Positions 19,294 to 28,924 of a stretch of DNA of 64,000 bases are shown one piece after another. The notes below the pieces were generated by a model, which saw only the letters and a list, made by a program, of their open reading frames with translations, was not told the DNA's origin and made no database searches. Numbering within the stretch: position 1 is the stretch's first letter; each line of letters begins with the position of its first letter. The stretch comes from Myxococcota bacterium (GTDB taxonomy: Bacteria; Myxococcota_A; UBA9160; UBA6930): assembly GCA_965223415.1 (NCBI GenBank), contig OZ245002.1, positions 3,424,001 through 3,488,000 of the forward strand, in the 5' to 3' direction. A program made the position numbers and the translations under genes.

Positions 19294-20092
19294 GCGGCCC
19301 CTCGAGGGGCGAACCGCCCTGGTCACCGGCGCGGCCCGCGGCATTGGCCGTGGCATCGCCCTGGGCCTGGCCGAGGCCGGCGCCGACGTGGTGCTCGCCG
19401 ACCTCGATTCCGACGTCGGCTCCGCCTCGTACGAGCTCTCGGGCAAGGCCCTGCTCGGAGACGCCACGGCCCAGGTGGCGGCGGCGGGCCCCGGCGAGGC
19501 CCTCGCCGTTGGCTGTGACGTCAGCCGGGCCGACCAGGTGGAGGCCGCCCTGGCCCAGGTGCGCGAGCGTTTCGGCCGCCTCGACGTGCTGGTGAACAAC
19601 GCGGGGATCGTCCACTTCCAGCCGCTGGTCGAGTTCGACGAGGCGCGCTGGGACCGGGTGTTCGACATCAACGTGAAGGGCGTGTTCCTGATGAGCCGCG
19701 CGGCGATCCCGCTGCTCACCCGGAGCGGCGGCACCATCGTCAACATCGCCAGCGTCGCCGGCAAGCGCGGATACGCCCTGGGCAGCGCCTACTGCTCGAG
19801 CAAGTTCGCGGTCGTGGGGCTCACCCAGTCCCTGGCGGCGGAGCTCGGCCCCGCGGGCGTACGGGTCAACGCCATCTGTCCGGGCATCCTCCCGACCCAC
19901 ATGTGGACCCACCACCTGGCCTCCGAGGAGCGCGGTGGCGACGCGACCTACCAGCAGATGATCGACGCGTCGATTCCCCTGAAGCGCGAGCAGACGCCCA
20001 GGGACATCGCCGACGCGGTCCTCTACCTGGTCGGCGCATCCAACGTCACCGGCGTGTCCCTCAACGTCGCCGGCGGCATGGAGGTCTGGTGA
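19286..20092 (+). CDS. Short-chain dehydrogenase/reductase
   Basis: TGAARGIG, NNAG, YCSSK. Confidence 0.92.
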   Translation: MAERPLEGRTALVTGAARGIGRGIALGLAEAGADVVLADLDSDVGSASYELSGKALLGDATAQVAAAGPGEALAVGCDVSRADQVEAALAQVRERFGRLDVLVNNAGIVHFQPLVEFDEARWDRVFDINVKGVFLMSRAAIPLLTRSGGTIVNIASVAGKRGYALGSAYCSSKFAVVGLTQSLAAELGPAGVRVNAICPGILPTHMWTHHLASEERGGDATYQQMIDASIPLKREQTPRDIADAVLYLVGASNVTGVSLNVAGGMEVW

Positions 20093-20190
20093 GCGGCCGA
20101 TCGTGCTCCCCGCCGGCCTCGTGAGCGGTCGATCGTGCAGAATCCCGCTGGGCTCGTGAGCGGTCGATCGTGCTGAATCCCGCCCGGCTG
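20089..20190 (+). repeat. Three degenerate tandem copies (32, 35, ~35 bp) of GTGAGCGGYCGATCGTGC...CCCGC
   Basis: Copies start at 20089, 20121 and 20156. Confidence 0.9.
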
Positions 20191-23019
20191 CTCATTCTCG
20201 TCCTCTTCTTCGCCTCCGGCGCGAGCGGTCTCGTCTACGAGATCGTCTGGGTCCGGCAGTTCGGTCTGCTCTTCGGGAGCACCGTCTACTCGGCGGCGCT
20301 CGTCACGGGCATCTACATGTGCGGACTCGGGCTGGGCAGCTTCCTGGCCGGCCGCTGGGTGGATCGCCGCTTCCGGGAGGAGCCTTCGCTTCCGGTCCGG
20401 GCCTACGGCCTGTTCGAGGTGGGGATCGCGGCGCTGGCGCTCCTCATCCTGCTCGTCCTTCCCCAGGTCAGCGGCTGGGTGGCGGAGGTGTCGAGCTACG
20501 TGGAGGCGGAGAACGGCTGGTATCGCCTCTCCCTCTCCGCGTCGCTGCTCCGCTACGGCAGCGCCCTCGTCCTGCTGCTCCCGGTCACCTTGCTGATGGG
20601 AGGCACGCTCACGCTGCTGATCCGCCACCTGGTCGGCGGTGATCTCGCGGGCGCCGGCTGGCACGTCGGCGTGCTCTACGGCGTGAACACCGCCGGAGCG
20701 GCGCTCGGTTGCCTGCTGACGGACACGGCCCTGGTCCCGGCCTTCGGCGTGAGGAACACCCAGCTCCTCGCGATGGGGCTCAACCTGTTCGCCGCTGCCG
20801 GAGCCCTGCTGCTGGCTCGAAGCGTCCCGCCGCCGCCCGAGGCACCGCCCCCTCCGATGTCCGCGCCCGGCGCCTCCGCCCGCGTCGGGTGGGCGAGCCT
20901 CGCCATCGCCCTCAGCGGCTTCGCGGCCATGGCGCTGCAGATCCTCTGGTTTCGCCACCTGATCTCGCTCTTCGGCGCCTATCGTCCGGTCTTCTCGATC
21001 CTTCTCTGCGTGATCCTGGTCGGGATCTGGCTCGGCTCCACCCTGGCCGGCGCCCTGGTGCGTCGCAGCGGCCGGCCGGCCACGATCTTCGTGGTCTGCC
21101 TGGCGGGCTTCGTCCTCTGGTCCCTGGGCGCCCTGTGGAACGTGGAGGCGGACGGCCTCTGGCTCGTGGAGCAGCTGGACCGGGACCCGAAGGCCGGCCC
21201 GATCCCCTTCTACCTCTTCCTGCTCCGTGGCACGGCCTGGGCGGTGGGCCCGCCGGCCCTCCTCTCCGGGACGGCCTTTCCCCTCGCGAACGCCCTGGTG
21301 CAGCGGGCCTCGGCCCACGTCGGGGCGCGTGCGGGTCTGCTCTACCTGGCGAACACCGTGGGTGGCGTGGTCGGCTCCCTCGCCGCCGGCTTCTGGCTGC
21401 TGCCGGCCCTCGGTCTCCAGGCCTCCGTCACCGCCGTCGCGCTCAGCGCCGTGGTGGCCGGGGCCGCGATCCTCGTCGCCGCCCGGGGGGTCGAGCCGGC
21501 GGCCCACGTCCCGCGCGCCGTGGCGCTCGCAGCGATGGCCGGCGCCGTGCTCCTCTGGGCGCGTCTCCCCGACCGGGGGCTCCTCCTGCGCAGCCTTCCG
21601 CAGGAGGTGCGAGCCGGGGAGGAACGCCTGGTCGCCGTGCGCGAGGGCGTGAACGAGACCCTCGCCGTGGCGGATCGCGAGGGTCAGCTGCTCCGGCTCA
21701 TCACCAACGGGCACAACATGTCCGGCACCGGCCTGCCCGCCCAGCGCTACATGCGGGCCTACGTCCACGTTCCGATGCTGCTGGACGCTGGAATCGAGCG
21801 GGTGATGATCATGTGCTTCGGCGTGGGCAATACCGCCAACGCCGCGCTCCTCTACCCCCAGGTCCGGCGGCTGGACGTCGTCGACCTCTCGGCGGATGTG
21901 CTCGAGCACTCGGCCTTCTTCGAGCGCGTCAACGGCCTCCCCCTCGAGGATCCGCGGGTGCGCGTTCACGTGAACGACGCTCGCCAGCACCTGCGCATGA
22001 CGCCCGGGGGCCACTACGACCTGATCACGGGGGAGCCCCCGCCGATCGCTTATGCCGGTGTCGCCAGCCTCTACAGCGCGGAGTTCTTCCGGATCGCGGC
22101 GTCCCGCCTTCGGCCCGGCGGGTTCATGACCTACTGGCTGCCGATCTACCAGGTCGGCCACGAGACGGCGCGCGCCGTCGTCGCGGCCTTTCGCGAGGCC
22201 TTCCCCGGCGCGTTCCTGCTGGTCGGCCATCGTCAGGAGCTGATGCTGGTCGGACGCCGGGACGCCCCGCTCGCCTTCGACCCGGAGCGGATGCGCGCGC
22301 TCCTCGCGGACGTGCCCGGCCTGCGCCGCGAGCTGCGCTGGATCTCCTTGGACCAGCCCTTCGAGATCGCCGCCATGCTGGCCGCAACGCCCGCCGCCAT
22401 CGAGGGTGCCATCGTCGATGCGCCGCCCGTGTCCGACGATCGTCCGGTGCTCGAGTACGGGAGCTGGCTCCTGGGCCGCGACCGGCAGCTGCCGGCGGAT
22501 CTCTTCTCCGTCTCCGGCGTTCGGCGCTGGTGCCCCCGCTGCTACGAGGGTGGCCTGTCCGACGGCGAGCTCCGCGACCTGCGCGGCGCCCTCGAGGTGA
22601 TCGGCGCCTACTACCGGAGTGGACCTTTCCTGAACGTGGTCGGGGCCGGATCCGGCTTCCGTCCGGCGCTCGGCCCCGAGGCGTTGCGGGCCAGTGAGCG
22701 GAGCCTGTACGTGCGCCAGATCGCCGGCCGCGCGTCCAAGCTCTACCAGGACGCCGCCCGCCAGGTCCGCCACGGTCTCCCCGCCGAGGCGGTCGCCAGC
22801 CTGGAGGCGCTGGTGGAGAAGCAGCCGGAGCGCGTCGCCGCGCGCCTCGACCTGGCGGACCTTCATGGCGAGATGGGACGCAGGGACGACGCGCGGGAGC
22901 AGCTGGCCGCGGCGGAGCGGCTGGCCCCGGGCGATCCCGCCGTGGCGGCCGCCTGGGACCGCTACGAGAGTGCAGGCGAAACGCCCGGCCGCTCAGATCG
23001 AAGCGGTCAGGAGCCGTAG
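20170..23019 (+). CDS. Fused membrane domain / spermidine synthase-like SAM-fold protein with C-terminal TPR
   Basis: SGASGLVYEIVW, LYGVNTAGA, LYLANTVG, DPRVRVHVNDARQHL, YDLITGEPP, LYSAEFF, DDRPVLEY. Confidence 0.9.
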   Translation: MLNPARLLILVLFFASGASGLVYEIVWVRQFGLLFGSTVYSAALVTGIYMCGLGLGSFLAGRWVDRRFREEPSLPVRAYGLFEVGIAALALLILLVLPQVSGWVAEVSSYVEAENGWYRLSLSASLLRYGSALVLLLPVTLLMGGTLTLLIRHLVGGDLAGAGWHVGVLYGVNTAGAALGCLLTDTALVPAFGVRNTQLLAMGLNLFAAAGALLLARSVPPPPEAPPPPMSAPGASARVGWASLAIALSGFAAMALQILWFRHLISLFGAYRPVFSILLCVILVGIWLGSTLAGALVRRSGRPATIFVVCLAGFVLWSLGALWNVEADGLWLVEQLDRDPKAGPIPFYLFLLRGTAWAVGPPALLSGTAFPLANALVQRASAHVGARAGLLYLANTVGGVVGSLAAGFWLLPALGLQASVTAVALSAVVAGAAILVAARGVEPAAHVPRAVALAAMAGAVLLWARLPDRGLLLRSLPQEVRAGEERLVAVREGVNETLAVADREGQLLRLITNGHNMSGTGLPAQRYMRAYVHVPMLLDAGIERVMIMCFGVGNTANAALLYPQVRRLDVVDLSADVLEHSAFFERVNGLPLEDPRVRVHVNDARQHLRMTPGGHYDLITGEPPPIAYAGVASLYSAEFFRIAASRLRPGGFMTYWLPIYQVGHETARAVVAAFREAFPGAFLLVGHRQELMLVGRRDAPLAFDPERMRALLADVPGLRRELRWISLDQPFEIAAMLAATPAAIEGAIVDAPPVSDDRPVLEYGSWLLGRDRQLPADLFSVSGVRRWCPRCYEGGLSDGELRDLRGALEVIGAYYRSGPFLNVVGAGSGFRPALGPEALRASERSLYVRQIAGRASKLYQDAARQVRHGLPAEAVASLEALVEKQPERVAARLDLADLHGEMGRRDDAREQLAAAERLAPGDPAVAAAWDRYESAGETPGRSDRSGQEP

Positions 23020-23187
23020 CGTCAGGTTCGCCAGAGCGACCCCGCCGATCACGGCCACGGCGGTCCGACGCCAGCGGGGTCGATCGCGCAGGAGCTGGCG
23101 GAGGCCGCGGGGAGGGCGCTTCTCGCCGCTGCCAGCGGCGGGCGGACCTTCGAAGGTGAGCGCAACCTCGGTCATCGTTTCTCCCAC
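22993..23187 (-). CDS. Possible small membrane protein
   Basis: 64 aa, basic stretch followed by C-terminal hydrophobic helix; GGAG before the second ATG; overlaps the end of the opposite gene. Confidence 0.3.
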   Translation of the reverse strand: MGETMTEVALTFEGPPAAGSGEKRPPRGLRQLLRDRPRWRRTAVAVIGGVALANLTLRLLTASI

Positions 23188-23280
23188 GGCCGGAGTGGCT
23201 CCGCGGCCCGAAGCGTGGCACCAGACCGTGCCCCTGCGAGGGCCCGGCCGCGCGTCGCGCTAGGACGGTGGCCCCTCGGC

Positions 23281-25065
23281 CTACAGCGCTTCGTGCCAGC
23301 TTCGCGAGAGGCGCATGGCACAGAGGATCAGCCCGACCATCGAGTAGGTCTGCGGGAAGTTGCCCCAGAGGGTGCCGGTCTCGATGTCGAGATCCTCCGA
23401 GAGCAGGCCCAGGTGGTTCGTGCGGCGGAGCATGTTCTCGAAGAGGTCCCTCGCCTCGTCCGAGCGGCCCAGGGCGCACAGGGCGTCGATGTACCAGAAG
23501 GTGCAGATGTTGAAGGCGGTGCGCGGCTCGCCGAAGTCGTCGGCGGCGTGGTAGCGGAAGAGGTAGGGGCCGCGTCGGAGCTCCGTCTCGATGGCTTGCA
23601 CCGTCCCGACGAAGCGCGGGTCGTCGGCGGGCAGGAAGCCCACGTGCTCGATGAGCAGCAGGCTCGCGTCCAGGTCGTCGCCGTCGAAGCTCTCGACGAA
23701 GCTCCCCCGCACCTCGCTCCAGGCCCGCTCACAGATCGTGCGATGGATGTGATCGGCCTGGTCCCGCCAGTAGCGGGCCCGGTCCGGGCGGACGAGCTTC
23801 GCGGCGATCCTGGCCAGCCGGTCGGTGGCCGCCCAGCACATGAGCGAGGAGAAGGTGTGCACCCGGGCGCGGGTGCGCAGCTCCCACAGCCCCGCGTCCG
23901 GCTGGTCGAAGAGCTTGACCGCCTGCTCGCCGACCCGCTCGAGGCGCTCGAACAGCTTCTCGTCGCCGGGTGCCTGGAGCCGCCGGTCGAAGAACGCCTG
24001 GGTCGCGGCCAGGACGACGCTTCCGTACACGTCGTTCTGGATGTGCTCGTAGGCCTGGTTGCCCACCCGCACCGGTCCGTGGCCGAGGAAGCCGGGCAGG
24101 CTGTCGACCTGCCGCTCGGTCAGGCGCGCCTCCTGGCTGACGCCGTAGACCGGCTGGAGGTGGCCGTCCTCGGAGCTGCGCACCAGGTTCGTGATGTAGC
24201 GGAGGAAGCCCTCCATCGTGCGCGTGGCACCGAGGCGGTTGAGGGCGTCGATGGTGAAGTAGGCGTCGCGCAGCCAGCAGTAGCGGTAGTCCCAGTTGCG
24301 CTCGGTGTCCTCGGCCTCGGGGATCGAGGTGGTGACGGCGGCGACCACCGCCCCGGTCTCCTCGAAGTTGCACAGCTTGAGGGTGATGGCGGCGCGGATC
24401 ACCGCGTCCTGCCAGTCGAAGGGGATGGAGAGGGTCCGGGACCACTCGAACCAGTAGTTCTGGGTCTGCTCGAAGCTCCGCCGCGCGAAGCGGGTGACCG
24501 CCGTCTCGAGGGACTCGTCCGGTCCGAGCACCAGGTCGATGTCCTCCTCGAGCACGAAGGGGCGCTCTTCGAGCACGTAGCTCACCGGCGCGTTGGTCGT
24601 GAGGCGGATCGCCTGGTCCGCCAGCAGGTAGCGGATGTGGTTGCTGCCGTAGGTCGTCTGGGCTGCTCGCGCCGCGTAGTCGACGGCAGGGCGCAGCCGG
24701 ATGCGGATGCGCGGATCGCCCGAGACCCGGCGGATCTGACGCACGAGCATGAGCGGGCGGTACATGCGCTCCCGGTCCCGGTAGCGTGGGGCGAAGTCGG
24801 TGATCTCCACGATGCCGCCGTTGCCGTCGTGGAGCCGCGTCACCAGGATGGCGGTGTTGCGCAGGTAGGCCTGCTCGCTCGACGTGAAGCCCTCGAGCAC
24901 CACCTCGAAGAAGCCGTGGTCCGGCTCGCCCTCGCCGGCCAGCAGGCTCGAGAAGACCGGGTCGCCGTCGAAGCGCGGCAGGCAGCACCACACGTTGCGA
25001 GCCCGGTCGTCGACCAGCGCCGCGAAGCTGCCGTTGCCGAGGATGCCGAGATCGAGCTGGGCCAT
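23281..25065 (-). CDS. Glycoside hydrolase family 15 (trehalase/glucoamylase-like)
   Basis: AAVTTSIPE, RNWDYRYCWLRD, VRVGNQA, QNDVYG, GLWELR, LGLLSED, GNFPQTYS. Confidence 0.95.
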   Translation of the reverse strand: MAQLDLGILGNGSFAALVDDRARNVWCCLPRFDGDPVFSSLLAGEGEPDHGFFEVVLEGFTSSEQAYLRNTAILVTRLHDGNGGIVEITDFAPRYRDRERMYRPLMLVRQIRRVSGDPRIRIRLRPAVDYAARAAQTTYGSNHIRYLLADQAIRLTTNAPVSYVLEERPFVLEEDIDLVLGPDESLETAVTRFARRSFEQTQNYWFEWSRTLSIPFDWQDAVIRAAITLKLCNFEETGAVVAAVTTSIPEAEDTERNWDYRYCWLRDAYFTIDALNRLGATRTMEGFLRYITNLVRSSEDGHLQPVYGVSQEARLTERQVDSLPGFLGHGPVRVGNQAYEHIQNDVYGSVVLAATQAFFDRRLQAPGDEKLFERLERVGEQAVKLFDQPDAGLWELRTRARVHTFSSLMCWAATDRLARIAAKLVRPDRARYWRDQADHIHRTICERAWSEVRGSFVESFDGDDLDASLLLIEHVGFLPADDPRFVGTVQAIETELRRGPYLFRYHAADDFGEPRTAFNICTFWYIDALCALGRSDEARDLFENMLRRTNHLGLLSEDLDIETGTLWGNFPQTYSMVGLILCAMRLSRSWHEAL

Positions 25066-25068
25066 GGC

Positions 25069-26643
25069 TCACTCATCGGCCGGTCGGGCCATTGCCTCGA
25101 CCAGGGCGTGGTAGAGGTAGTGCTGCTCCCTGACGCCGTGGAAGAGGCCGGCACCGGGTCCGTCGGCGAAGACCGGAACGTCCTCGCCGCTGTGGGTGCC
25201 GGAGTAGCGCGGCACCAGGGCCTCCTGCAGGTAGCCCGGGGCCGCCGTGTCCACTTCCGACAGGTCCGGGCGCCCCTCCGCGGGCGCGAAGGCCCCGGGC
25301 TCGAGGTGGGGGAAGGTCTTCGGGCCCGCGGGCTGGCGCTCGCTCGCTCCGGTGTTCCCCGGACCGAGCCCGTAGCCGAGGGTGGTGTAGGGCAGGCCGG
25401 CTGCATCCTTCGCCTGCATCGGCTCCGCCGCACCGAAGGGCCGCTCCTTCACCTTGCCGAGGATCGGGTTGCCCCGGGTCACGTAGCCGGCCAGGTGAAG
25501 GGGGTGGCCGTGGTCGGCGGTCACCACGAGCAGCGTGTCCTCGCGACTGGTGCGCTCCTGGGCGACCTGCACCGCCCGGGCGAACTCGACCGTCTCGACC
25601 AGGGCCCGGTGGGCGTTGTTGGCGTGGTGGGCATGGTCGATGCGTCCTCCCTCGACCAGTAGCAGGTAGCCGCTCTCGGATTGGCGCAGCAGGTCGATGG
25701 CCTTGGCGGTCATCTCCGAGAGGGAGGGCTCGCCCCCGGCGTCACCGGCCCGATCCAGCTCGAACTCCATGTGGGCCGGATCGAACAGGCCCAGGAGCTT
25801 GCGCGTGCCGCGGGGGTCCACGGCGGCGAACTGCTCCCGGTTCCAGACGACGCGGCCCCGCGGATACCGCTCCTGCCACTCGGCGACGAGGTCGCGCTCG
25901 TCGAAGCGGGTGCCGGCGAGCTCCGGCTCCTCCGGATCCTTGCCGTTCCGGGGCAGGAACATCGCGCGCCCGCCGCCCAGCACCACGTCGATGCCGTCGC
26001 CATGGGGGAACTCGACGAGCTGGCGGGCGAGGTCCGGGAAGTCGTTCTTGCGGGCCTCGTGCTCGAGCAGAGCGTCGGTCTCCCAATCCCGGTGGGGGGC
26101 GTGGGCGTAGCAGGCGGCCGGCGTCGCGTGGGTGATGCGGGCGGTGGTGACGATGCCCGTGGCCAGGCCGCGAATCTCGGCCTCCTCGAAGAGGGTGGGG
26201 ACGCGGGCCCCGGCGACGCTCTTCCAATCCCCGACCACCACCGCGTCGCTCACGCCCAGCACCCCGGCCTTGGTCTTCACGCCGGACACGATGGCCGTCA
26301 TCGTTCCCGCCGAGTCCGGCACCTGCTGGTTCGTGTTGTAGGTCTTCGCGAGGGCGGTGTGGGGGAAGCGCTCGAACGAGAGCTGGTGCTCCTCGCCGCT
26401 TCCGCCGGCCTCCTGCCCGGCGAAGATGCGGGCGGCGGTGATCGTGCTCATGCCCATGCCGTCGCCCAGGAAGAGGATCACGTTCCTGGCCGGCGGCGTC
26501 GCGCCGATTCGCGAGCGGGCCTGCGCCACCGCCGCACGGCCGGACTGGAACCAGGGGTCGGTCTCCCTCGGGTCCGCGCCCCGGGCGGGCGACGCCAGGA
26601 GCAGCAGCGCGAGTGCCGTCGCCCCTCGTGCGCGGCGACTCAC
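25069..26643 (-). CDS. phoA: Alkaline phosphatase (PhoA family), secreted
   Basis: NVILFLGDGMG, VPDSAGT, THATPA, EGGRIDHAHH, VTADH, HSGEDV. Confidence 0.93.
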   Translation of the reverse strand: MSRRARGATALALLLLASPARGADPRETDPWFQSGRAAVAQARSRIGATPPARNVILFLGDGMGMSTITAARIFAGQEAGGSGEEHQLSFERFPHTALAKTYNTNQQVPDSAGTMTAIVSGVKTKAGVLGVSDAVVVGDWKSVAGARVPTLFEEAEIRGLATGIVTTARITHATPAACYAHAPHRDWETDALLEHEARKNDFPDLARQLVEFPHGDGIDVVLGGGRAMFLPRNGKDPEEPELAGTRFDERDLVAEWQERYPRGRVVWNREQFAAVDPRGTRKLLGLFDPAHMEFELDRAGDAGGEPSLSEMTAKAIDLLRQSESGYLLLVEGGRIDHAHHANNAHRALVETVEFARAVQVAQERTSREDTLLVVTADHGHPLHLAGYVTRGNPILGKVKERPFGAAEPMQAKDAAGLPYTTLGYGLGPGNTGASERQPAGPKTFPHLEPGAFAPAEGRPDLSEVDTAAPGYLQEALVPRYSGTHSGEDVPVFADGPGAGLFHGVREQHYLYHALVEAMARPADE

Positions 26644-27338
26644 CGGACGACGAAGCTGGCGAGATCCGCCTCGAGACCCGAGCGCATGCGCTCCACCGTG
26701 TCGGCCCGGAGCCGGCGCTTGGTCTCGGCCAGGGCGTTCGGGTGGAGCTCGGTCAGCCGGTGCGCCTCGGCCACCGCCGTGCTCGCGACCGCGTCGGCGT
26801 CGACCACCCGATCCAGGTAGCCGGCGTCGACGGCGCGGGCCGGATCGTAGATCTCGGCCTGGGCCGTGGCCCGCAGCAGGTGGCGGCGCGAGAGCCGCTC
26901 CTGCGCCAGCTCGACGGCGAAGCGCGGGAGGGTCATGCCGATCGCCACCTCGTTCAGACCGAGCTTGAAGTTGCCCTCGGCGCCGACCCGCAGGTCCGAA
27001 GCCAGCAGGAGGAGCGAGCCCATGGCCAGGGCGTGGCCGGTGCAGCCGGCGACGATCGGGAGCGGGCTCCCCGCCATGCGCGCCAGGAGCTCCGCTCCGC
27101 CACCCACCAGGCTGCGGGCGGCCTCGGGGCCCTCGCGCATCACCGACAGATCGAAGCCCGCGGAAAAGCGCCCGGGCCGCCCGATCAGGGCGACCGCCTT
27201 GGCTCCCTTCTCCGCGCGGTCCAGCGCGGCGTTCAGTGCCTCCAGGGCCGCCGGCGAGACGGCGTTGGCCTTGCCGTCATCGAAGTGCAGGGCCGCCACG
27301 TCGCCGTCCTGCTCGAAACGGAGGATCTCGTCTGCCAT
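26640..27338 (-). CDS. Crotonase/enoyl-CoA hydratase family protein
   Basis: DDGKANA, FSAGFDL, GHALAMG, GLNEVAIG. Confidence 0.92.
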   Translation of the reverse strand: MADEILRFEQDGDVAALHFDDGKANAVSPAALEALNAALDRAEKGAKAVALIGRPGRFSAGFDLSVMREGPEAARSLVGGGAELLARMAGSPLPIVAGCTGHALAMGSLLLLASDLRVGAEGNFKLGLNEVAIGMTLPRFAVELAQERLSRRHLLRATAQAEIYDPARAVDAGYLDRVVDADAVASTAVAEAHRLTELHPNALAETKRRLRADTVERMRSGLEADLASFVVR

Positions 27339-27358
27339 GGCGCGGAAACGTAGCAGGG

Positions 27359-27431
27359 GTGAGACAAGGGGACGTTCCTTTCTGTCTCACGGCAAAGCCG
27401 TGAGACAGAAAGGAACGTCCCCTTGTCTCAC
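27359..27431. repeat. Perfect 73-bp palindrome (35-bp arms, AAA loop) with nested inverted repeats
   Basis: GTGAGACAAGGGGACGTTCCTTTCTGTCTCACGGC-AAA-exact reverse complement; each arm also contains GTGAGACA...TGTCTCAC. Confidence 0.95.
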
Positions 27432-28165
27432 TACAGCCGGAGGCGCTCGTCCCGCTCCTCCACGAAGCCGCGGATCTGGTCCTCGCTGTCCTGGTCGAGG
27501 CCGCTCCAGCGGACCGCCATGCCGATCGGCAGGTTCTTCTTGACCAGGTTGCCCGGCACGTTCGTGGCGACCACCTCTCCCGACACCCGCACGTCGCCTT
27601 CGGGAAGCGGCAGGGTCAGGTGCACGACGGCCTTGGGCATCGACGGCCGCGGGGTGGCCAGGTAGGCGCCTCGCGCCGAGAGGGAGTAGAGCTTGGCCGG
27701 CTTCTCGCGGCCCCCTGCGTGGATCTCGACCGGCCAGTTCGTCGGGACCCGCGGCGCCCGGCGGGTGGCCACCATCGGGCCTCCGCCGGACAGCGAGCGG
27801 TTCATCTGGAAGCGCAGGGTGTTGTCGTCGATGGGGCTCCAGAGCCCGTAGTCGACGGAGGCCCGGCGCAGGCGGCCGCGTTGGTCCGCGTCGGGGCGCT
27901 CCCCGAAGACGACGATCGGCAGGGCCGGCACCCGGTCCGGCTCCACCATGCGGAGGGCTCGCAGGGAGCGCTCCAGGTCGACCACCGCCAGGTCCGGCGG
28001 GATGACCACGCAGCCCACCTGGAAGCGGGGATCCGAGAGCGCCTCGAGCCCCTGGTCCATGGTCTTGGCCCGCACGACGTGGAAGTCCATCTGACGCAGG
28101 CGCAGGGAGAGGGCCTCCATGCTGGTGGAGCCCGAATCGACCAGGAGCAGGGTTCGCCGTTCCAT
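27431..28165 (-). CDS. Receiver-like (degenerate) domain fused to PilZ domain
   Basis: N-terminal LLLVD; RRAPR (RxxxR) and SLSARGAYL (D/NxSxxG-like); C-terminal GMAVRW. Confidence 0.75.
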   Translation of the reverse strand: MERRTLLLVDSGSTSMEALSLRLRQMDFHVVRAKTMDQGLEALSDPRFQVGCVVIPPDLAVVDLERSLRALRMVEPDRVPALPIVVFGERPDADQRGRLRRASVDYGLWSPIDDNTLRFQMNRSLSGGGPMVATRRAPRVPTNWPVEIHAGGREKPAKLYSLSARGAYLATPRPSMPKAVVHLTLPLPEGDVRVSGEVVATNVPGNLVKKNLPIGMAVRWSGLDQDSEDQIRGFVEERDERLRL

Positions 28166-28384
28166 CGTGTCCGCCTCGCGTCCAGCCCGCCGTGGAGGGG
28201 CGGACGCATGGACCATCGGCAGGGAGGGTCTTCGGCCGGAGCGCCGCCGCTGCCGGGTGACGGGGGTCACGAAGGGGGACTCACGATATTCTCACGAGAG
28301 CCGATATACTGTAGGCAATTCCCTTCCCTCTCCTCGCCTGGGGAGCCCCGAGGGCCCTCAAGGCAATGTGGAGGACCCCCCAGC

Positions 28385-28924
28385 GTGTCCGATCCCGCCT
28401 CCGATCTGCGCGCCTCCCTGGAGCGCGCTGCCGCCGCCTGCGCCGAGCTGTTCCGCCAGCCTACCCTGGGCGGCCTGGGCCGGGTGCGATCCTGCCGGCT
28501 CGCGGCCTTTCCCGACGAGGGGCTCGTGCCCGGCGACGACATGACCGCCAGCCTGGTCCTGCCCGTCGCGGGCCCGTTCCCCGCCACCGCCGTCCTGAGC
28601 TTCGAGCCCGAGGCGGCCCTCCGCCTGATCCGCAGCGCTTCCGGTCCCAGCGAGGCCGAGCCCCTGGCGCGCTTCACTTCCCTCGGGCGGGCCATGATGG
28701 AGCGCATCCTGGGCGAGTTCGGAAGCGATCCGGCGAGCCTCGGCAGCGTGCACCTGGAGGAAGGCGCCGTCGTCTCGACGCTCCTCGCGACCCACGCCCC
28801 GCCGGACACCGCGCTCCTGTGCGCGGAGCTCGTGCTCGCCGACGAGGACGCAGCGGCGGGCGGCGTGCTCTACCTGCTCGGCGACGCCAAGGGCCTGGCA
28901 TGGCTCGGTGCCGAGGCCGCCTAA
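28385..28924 (+). CDS. Hypothetical protein, possibly divergent CheC/CheX-like
   Basis: GTG start with GGAGG upstream; pattern GPFPATAVLSFEPEAALRLI and C-terminal GVLYLL recall the CheC fold. Confidence 0.45.
   Translation: MSDPASDLRASLERAAAACAELFRQPTLGGLGRVRSCRLAAFPDEGLVPGDDMTASLVLPVAGPFPATAVLSFEPEAALRLIRSASGPSEAEPLARFTSLGRAMMERILGEFGSDPASLGSVHLEEGAVVSTLLATHAPPDTALLCAELVLADEDAAAGGVLYLLGDAKGLAWLGAEAA

Noticed and set aside
20089..20190. CRISPR array
   Set aside because: The units are adjacent degenerate tandem copies with no unique spacers of proper length, and no cas genes are nearby
23216..23232. Sigma54 promoter (TGGCAC...)
   Set aside because: Spacing to the GC element is off by one and no suitably oriented gene follows
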